Positions 60,852 to 64,000 of a stretch of 64,000 bases of DNA are shown here, piece by piece. Position 1 is the first letter of the stretch. Each line of letters opens with the position of its first letter. Origin of the DNA: Mobula hypostoma (lineage: Eukaryota). The notes under the pieces were generated by a model. That model was not told the DNA's origin, did no database searches, and saw nothing but the letters and a program-made list of their open reading frames with translations. A program made the position numbers and the translations under genes. The stretch spans positions 150,786,001-150,850,000 of the forward strand of contig NC_086097.1 of assembly GCF_963921235.1 (NCBI RefSeq). The letters run 5' to 3'.

Positions 60852-60887
<36 letters not shown>

Positions 60888-61000
60888 AGTGTGTGTGTCT
60901 GTGTGTGTGTGGTGTGTGTGTGGCCTTTGTGTGGTGTGTGTGTATGTGTGTGTGGTGTGCGTGTGTGTGTTGTGCATGTGTGTGTTGTGTGTGTGTGTGG

Positions 61001-61031
<31 letters not shown>

Positions 61032-61248
61032 TGGAGTGTGTGTATGTGTGTGTGTGTTTAGTGTGTGTGTGTGTGTGTGTGGAGTGTGTGCGCGCGTGTG
61101 TGTGTGTGTGTGTGTTGTGTTTGTGTGTGGAGTGTTTGTGTCTGTGTGTGTGTGTGGTGTGTGTGTGGAGGGTGTGTGTGTGGAATGTGTGTGTGGAATG
61201 TGTGTGTCTGTGTGTGTGGGTGTGTGTGGTGTCTGTGTGGAATCTGTG

Positions 61249-61279
<31 letters not shown>

Positions 61280-61663
61280 TGTGTGTGTGTGTGTGGTGTG
61301 CGTGTGACGTTTGCGTGGTGTGTGTGTCTGTGAGTGTGTGTGTGTGTGTGGGGTGTGTGTGGAGTGTGTGTGTGTGTGTGTGTGTGAGTGGTGTGTGCGT
61401 GTGTGTGTGTGTGGTGTGTGTATGTGTGTGTGTGGTGTGTGTGGTATGTGTGTATGTATGTGTGTGGCGTGTGAGTGTGTGTGTGTGTGGTGTGTGTGTG
61501 TGTGTGTGTGGTGTGTGTGTGTGTGGTGTGTGTGTGTGGCGTTTGTGTGGTGTGTGTGTATGTGTGTGTGGTGTGCGTGTGTGTGTTGTGCGTGTGTGTG
61601 GGGTATGTGTGTTTGTGTGTGGTGTGTGTGCAGTGTGTGTATGTGTGTGTATGAGTAGTGTGT

Positions 61664-61723
<60 letters not shown>

Positions 61724-61918
61724 TGTGGCGTTTGTGTGGTGTGTGCGCGAGTGTGTGTGTGTGTGTGTGTGGGGTGTGTGCGTGTGCGTGTATCTGTGTG
61801 TGTGGTGTGTGTAGCATTTGCATGGTGTGTGTGTATGTGCGTGGTGTGTTTATGTGTGGAGTGTGTGTATGGAATGTGTGTGTGTGTGTGTGGGGTGTGT
61901 GTAGTGTGTGAGTGTGTG

Positions 61919-61970
<52 letters not shown>

Positions 61971-63090
61971 TGTGCATGTGTGTGGTGTTTTTGTGTGTGG
62001 AGTGTGTGTGTCTGTGTCTGTGAATTTGTGTGTGTGTGTGTGTGTGTGAGGGGTGTGTGTGTGTGCGTGGGTGTGTGTGTGAGTGGTGTGTGTGTGTCTG
62101 TGTGTGTGGTGTGTGTCTGTGTGTATGTGTGTGTGTGTGGTGTGTGTGTGGTATGTGTGTATGTATGTGTGTGGAGTGTGAGTGAGTGTGTGTGTGTGAG
62201 TGTGTGTGTGTGCATGTGGGTGTGTGTGTGGGGGGTGTGTGTTTGTGTATGTGTGTGTGGTGTGCGTGTGTGTGTTGTGTGTGTGTGTGTATGTGGTGTG
62301 TGTGTGTAGTATGTGTGTATGTATGTGTGTGGATGTGTGTGTGCTCGTGTGGGTGTGTGTGTGTGGTGTGTGTGGAGTGTGTGTATGTGTGTGTAGTGTG
62401 TGTGTATGTGTGTGTGTATGTATGTGTGTGGAGTGTGAGTGTGTGTGTGTGTGTGAGTGTGTGTGCGTGTGGGTGTGTGTGTGTGGGGTGTGTGTGTGTT
62501 TGTGTGTGTGGTGTGCGTGTGTGTGTTGTGTGTGTGTGTGGGATGTGTGTGTCTGTGTGTGTGGGGTGTGTGTGGTGCGTGAGTGTGTGGTATGTGTGTG
62601 GAGTGTGTGTGTGTGTGTGTGGTGTGTGTGTGTGTGTGGTGTGTGCGTGTGGCGTTTGTGTGGTGTGTGTGTGTATGTGTGTGGAGTGTGTGTGTCTGTG
62701 AGTGTGTGTGTGTGTGTGGGGGGGTGTGTGTGTGGTGTGTGTGTGCGGTATGTGTGTATGTATGTGTGTGGAGTGTGAGTGTGTGCGTGTGTGTGTGAGC
62801 GCGCGTGTGGGTGCGTGTGTGCATGTGTGTGTGCGTGTGGTGTGTGGTGTGTGTGTGTGTGTGTGTGTGTGCGTGTCTGTGTGTGGTGTGTGGTGTGTGG
62901 TGTGTGTGGTGTGCGTGTGTGTGTGGTGTGTGTGGAGTGTGTGTATGTGTGTGTATGTGTAGTGTGTGTGTATGTGTGTGTGTGTGTGTCTGTGTGGTGT
63001 GTGTGTGTGTGTGTGGTGTGTGTGTGGCGTTTGTGTGGTGTGTGTGTGTGGAGTGTGTGTGTGTGTGTGTGTGTGGGGTGTGTGGGTGTG

Positions 63091-63133
<43 letters not shown>

Positions 63134-63330
63134 TGGCATTTGCGTGGTGTGTGTGTATGTGTGTGGTGTGTTTGTGTCTGGAGTGTGTGTGTCTGTGTGT
63201 GTGTGTGCGCGTGTGGGTGCGTGTGCGCGTGTATGTGTGTGTGTGGAGTGCGTGTGTGTGTGTTGTGTGTGTGTGTGGGATGTGTGTCTGTGTGTATGTA
63301 TGTGTGTGGAGTGTGAGTGTGTGTGTGTGG

Positions 63331-63368
<38 letters not shown>

Positions 63369-63666
63369 GGTGTGTGTGTATGTGTGTGTGGGGTGTGTGT
63401 GGTGTGTGGGGTGTGTGTGTGTGTGTGTGTGTGGTTTATGTGTGTGTGTGGTGTGTGCGTGTGGCGTTTGTGTGGTGTGTGTGTATGTGTGTGGTGTGTT
63501 TGTGTGTGGAGTGTGTGTGTCTGTGAGTGTGTGTGTGTGTGTGAGTGGCATTTGTGTGGTGTGTGTGTATGCGTGTGTGGTGTGCGTGTGTGTGTTGTGT
63601 GTGTGTGTGTGTGTGGTGTGTGTCTGTGTGTATGTGTGTGTGTGGTGTGCGTATGTATGTGTGTGG

Positions 63667-63716
<50 letters not shown>

Positions 63717-63853
63717 CACGCGCGTGTGGGTGCGTGTGTGTGTATGTGTGTGTGGTGTGCATGTGTGTGTTGTGTGTGTGTGGGGTGTGTGTGTGTGGGT
63801 GTGTATGTGAGTGGTGTGTGTGGGGTGTGTGTCTGTGTGTATGTATGTGTGTG

Positions 63854-63890
<37 letters not shown>

Positions 63891-64000
63891 GGTGTGTGTG
63901 TCTGGGGGGGTGTGTGTATGTGTGTGTGGGGTGTGTGTGGTGTGTGGGGTGTGTGTGGTTTGTGTGTGTGTGTGTGGTGTGTGCGTGTGGTGTTTGTGTG
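58662..64000 (+). repeat. Compound, degenerate (GT)n array >5.3 kb, running off the window end
   Basis: GT dinucleotide runs are interrupted by recurring words such as GGAG, GTAT, GTCT, GGCGTTTG and GGTGTTTTT. Confidence 0.97.

Noticed and set aside
58564..63810. Very long His/Thr-rich (minus) and Cys/Val-rich (plus) ORFs up to 1704 aa
   Set aside because: They are translations of the (GT)n/(CA)n array, which lacks stop codons by composition. There is no sign of real coding.
47980..64000. Telomere or interstitial telomeric repeat
   Set aside because: TTAGGT and TCAGGT hexamers occur in the monomer, but there is no (TTAGGG)n run.

Overview
Eukaryotic, repeat-saturated window with no host protein-coding gene that I can support. 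The repeat families (V-SINE, CR1 with 8-bp 3' tails, Neptune-type Penelope-like elements) point to a cartilaginous fish, probably a ray; this is inference. Bases 1-48 kb are a nested retroelement stack. It includes one apparently intact full-length L1 (1113-6915, minus, 15-bp TSD), a decayed second L1, several CR1 LINEs, Rex1/Babar fragments, a solo LTR with a 5-bp TSD, and Penelope-like element (PLE) tails carrying minimal hammerhead ribozyme motifs. Two PLE insertions are inverted head-to-head twins inside a single TSD. From ~47,980 to 58,663 lies a ~10.7 kb CpG-rich 41-bp satellite. Its monomer reads in frame with the adjacent Rex1/Babar LINE coding sequence, so the satellite appears to have arisen in place from a LINE ORF. 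It shows 82- and 86-bp higher-order repeats and repeated AT-to-GC gradients. The last ~5.3 kb is a compound (GT)n array whose long ORFs are artefacts.
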